Part shown: one piece after another, positions 63,645 through 64,000 of the stretch | Numbering within the stretch: the first letter of the stretch is position 1 | Layout of the letters: each line of letters opens with the position of its first letter | From: Eledone cirrhosa | Lineage: Eukaryota | Direction of reading: 5' to 3' | Length of the DNA: 64,000 nucleotides | Assembly (NCBI GenBank): GCA_964016885.1 | Contig: OZ024742.1 | Location: 186,186,001-186,250,000 of the forward strand | The notes under the pieces: model-generated | The model's database searches: none | The model's input: the letters and a program-made list of their open reading frames with translations, nothing else | Told to the model about the DNA's origin: nothing | Program-made: the position numbers and the translations under genes

Positions 63645-64000
63645 GTAATGTATTTTTTGACAGAGAAACAAAGAAAATATTTCTCATAGGATATTATATA
63701 ACATAAATTACATATTTTCTGTTTCAGTTTTTTTTTTTCAGTTTTTATCATGTATAAAATTTATAAAAATTAAATCAGACTGTTGGTTTTAAGTATTAAA
63801 ATTTACATATTGAATCTCAATATTTTTACAATATGTCATTAAAGTAATGTTTTATAATTACAACCATATATTATATAACGATGAACATTTTTTTTTTGTA
63901 AGTTGGTTGTTATGGATATTGATGTAATGGAGGAAAATGTAAATTAAAAATCTCTATATGGAGGCCCTTGAAAAAATGGTAATAGCCCCTGCTCAAATGG

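Overview
Repeat-saturated eukaryotic genomic DNA, most likely an octopod cephalopod (inferred from abundant (TA)n/(CAT)n microsatellites, RTE LINEs with (GAT)n tails and tRNA-headed SINEs). The only host gene I can support is WASHC5/strumpellin on the minus strand. It has three coding exons here (61407-61631, 58090-58196, 25521-25605) that splice in frame with GT-AG sites; the next exon was not found in the window. The introns hold RTE and Tx1/L1-type LINEs, Penelope-like elements (PLEs), a Helitron Rep/Pif1 pseudogene, Tc1/mariner, pogo-like and piggyBac-like elements, SINEs and minisatellites. Main non-obvious signals: (i) about 11 intact-looking and about 6 degenerate hammerhead ribozyme motifs from several unrelated families, often in fold-back cassettes inside (TA)n; one sits in the loop of a 215-bp perfect inverted repeat and one three-copy family has a conserved non-canonical CAGAAGA core; (ii) a 7x52-bp array that multiplies the 3' splice site of WASHC5 coding exon 2, where all six upstream acceptors give premature stops; (iii) a hammerhead-like motif with its three strands in scrambled order. 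All structures were read by eye; no folding or database search was run.
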